A DNA stretch of 24,000 nucleotides from an uncultured Actinomycetota bacterium (lineage in GTDB: Bacteria > Actinomycetota > Actinomycetes > Propionibacteriales > Nocardioidaceae), in NCBI GenBank assembly GCA_963839365.1, contig CAWIUT010000010.1:507558-531557 (forward strand), read 5' to 3'. This document shows positions 23,327-24,000 of the stretch, one piece after another (positions within the stretch are counted from its first letter, which is position 1; each line of letters starts with the position of its first letter). Position numbers and translations under genes: made by a program. The notes under the pieces were generated by a model. That model did no database searches, was not told the origin of the DNA, and was given only the letters and a program-made list of their open reading frames with translations.

Positions 23327-23661
23327 TCTTCGCGTTCGGCTCAGCCTGGGGCACCGTGCTGGCCAAGAAGGTTCCCAACCCCAACGACGTGGTGGGCGGC
23401 TGGGTCGCCTTCTTCGTGGTGCTGGCCATGGGGGCGGCGGTGGTCTTCCTCTACTTCAGCCTCAAGAAGCAGCTCGGCAAGGTGAACTTCGAGGAGAAGG
23501 GCGACCCCGGCGACGGCGAGGATGCGGATGACGCGCAGTCGCCGGAGGACCCGGAGGAGCGGGCGCCCCTCGAGCCGCAGGACGGGGACAGCGAGGCGCC
23601 GGAAGAGGTCCCCGAGGGCGGGGAGCAGTCGGCGGACCGCCCCTCCGACGGCACGTCCTAG
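23323..23661 (+). CDS. small membrane protein with highly acidic C-terminal tail
   Basis: ATG overlaps the mca stop (ATGA 23323-23326). It has one clear TM helix ([21 protein letters not shown]) followed by about 60 aa rich in Asp/Glu/Pro/Gly. Confidence 0.6.
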   Translation: MIFAFGSAWGTVLAKKVPNPNDVVGGWVAFFVVLAMGAAVVFLYFSLKKQLGKVNFEEKGDPGDGEDADDAQSPEDPEERAPLEPQDGDSEAPEEVPEGGEQSADRPSDGTS

Positions 23662-23667
23662 GAGACT

Positions 23668-23700
23668 CGGGCGCCGTCCCGCTCGCCCGGACGGCGCCCG
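23668..23700 (+). terminator. strong GC hairpin, candidate intrinsic terminator after the mca operon
   Basis: Perfect 12-bp stem cgggcgccgtcc (23668-23679) / ggacggcgcccg (23689-23700) with a 9-nt loop. It begins 7 nt after the stop codon and is followed by the AT-rich aattaactca. There is no canonical U-tract, as is common in actinobacteria. Confidence 0.6.
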
Positions 23701-23788
23701 AATTAACTCATCGCTTAACCGGCCGTTGACCAGGCTCCGGTGGCGGATGAGAGTGGCCGGACCATCGCCGCACGTGAGGAACTCGGCC

Positions 23789-24000
23789 ATGCAGGTTCCC
23801 GCCCCCTTCGAGTACGAGCGTGCCACCACCGTCGAGCACGCCCTGCAGCTGCTGGAGCAGCGCGGGGAGGAGGCTCGGCTGGTCGCCGGCGGGCACAGCC
23901 TCATCCCGATGATGAAGCTCCGGCTCGCCAACCTCGAGTACGTCATCGACATCAACGACCTGCACGACGAGCTCGGCTACATCCGGATGGGTCAGGACGA
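23789..24000 (+). CDS. FAD-binding (medium, CoxM/CutM-like) subunit of a molybdopterin-dependent dehydrogenase; 3'-truncated by window edge
   Basis: Not in the ORF track because no stop falls within the window. ATG 23789 is preceded by GAGGAA (23775-23780). My translation is MQVPAPFEYERATTVEHALQLLEQRGEEARLVAGGHSLIPMMKLRLANLEYVIDINDL... This is the typical N-terminus of xanthine/CO-dehydrogenase family subunit M (..AGGHSLxPMMKLR..). Confidence 0.8.
   Translation, partial: MQVPAPFEYERATTVEHALQLLEQRGEEARLVAGGHSLIPMMKLRLANLEYVIDINDLHDELGYIRMGQD

Noticed and set aside
1-24000. CRISPR arrays, transposases/integrases, prophage or toxin-antitoxin/defence modules
   Set aside because: No regularly spaced repeats, no terminal inverted repeats, and no ORF with recombinase, nuclease or defence-type motifs. 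Apart from the HeR locus the content is ordinary core/housekeeping and transport genes.

Overview
Very GC-rich (about 70% or more by eye, not computed), gene-dense chromosomal segment. It comes from a mycothiol-using actinobacterium: mca is present and greA / DUF4307 / mca are arranged as in mycobacteria. I can support 26 protein-coding genes, two of them cut by the window edges. I saw no rRNA, tRNA, CRISPR array, transposase or integrase. The ORF track prints GTG/TTG starts as M, and several long ORFs are shadow or run-on frames typical of high-GC DNA, so I trimmed starts by hand where an ATG/GTG with a Shine-Dalgarno motif and a sensible N-terminus was visible.

Left to right the window holds:
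- an anti-sigma factor C-terminus;
- a small membrane protein;
- an MFS transporter and a YihY/BrkB membrane protein;
- an orphan hypothetical;
- a LacI regulator divergent from a three-gene amidohydrolase / APC permease / nitrilase-superfamily hydrolase operon;
- a DD-carboxypeptidase, a PspC-domain protein, a spermidine-synthase-like methyltransferase and an aldo/keto reductase;
- a membrane-anchored hypothetical;
- a 577-bp unassigned region;
- a HELIORHODOPSIN gene (13931..14722), convergent with msrA;
- metB, a GlmL-like ASKHA protein, an AI-2E transporter, DedA, ilvA, greA, DUF4307, mca and a small acidic-tail membrane protein;
- the start of a molybdopterin-dehydrogenase FAD subunit.

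The stand-out is the heliorhodopsin, a 7-TM retinal protein family recognised only in 2018 whose physiological role is still open. It sits in a sulfur/redox neighbourhood (msrA, metB, mca). It is bracketed by an imperfect ~37-nt direct repeat that duplicates the msrA 3' end. It is preceded by a region with scars of degraded coding sequence. Together these suggest a small acquired light-sensing cassette.
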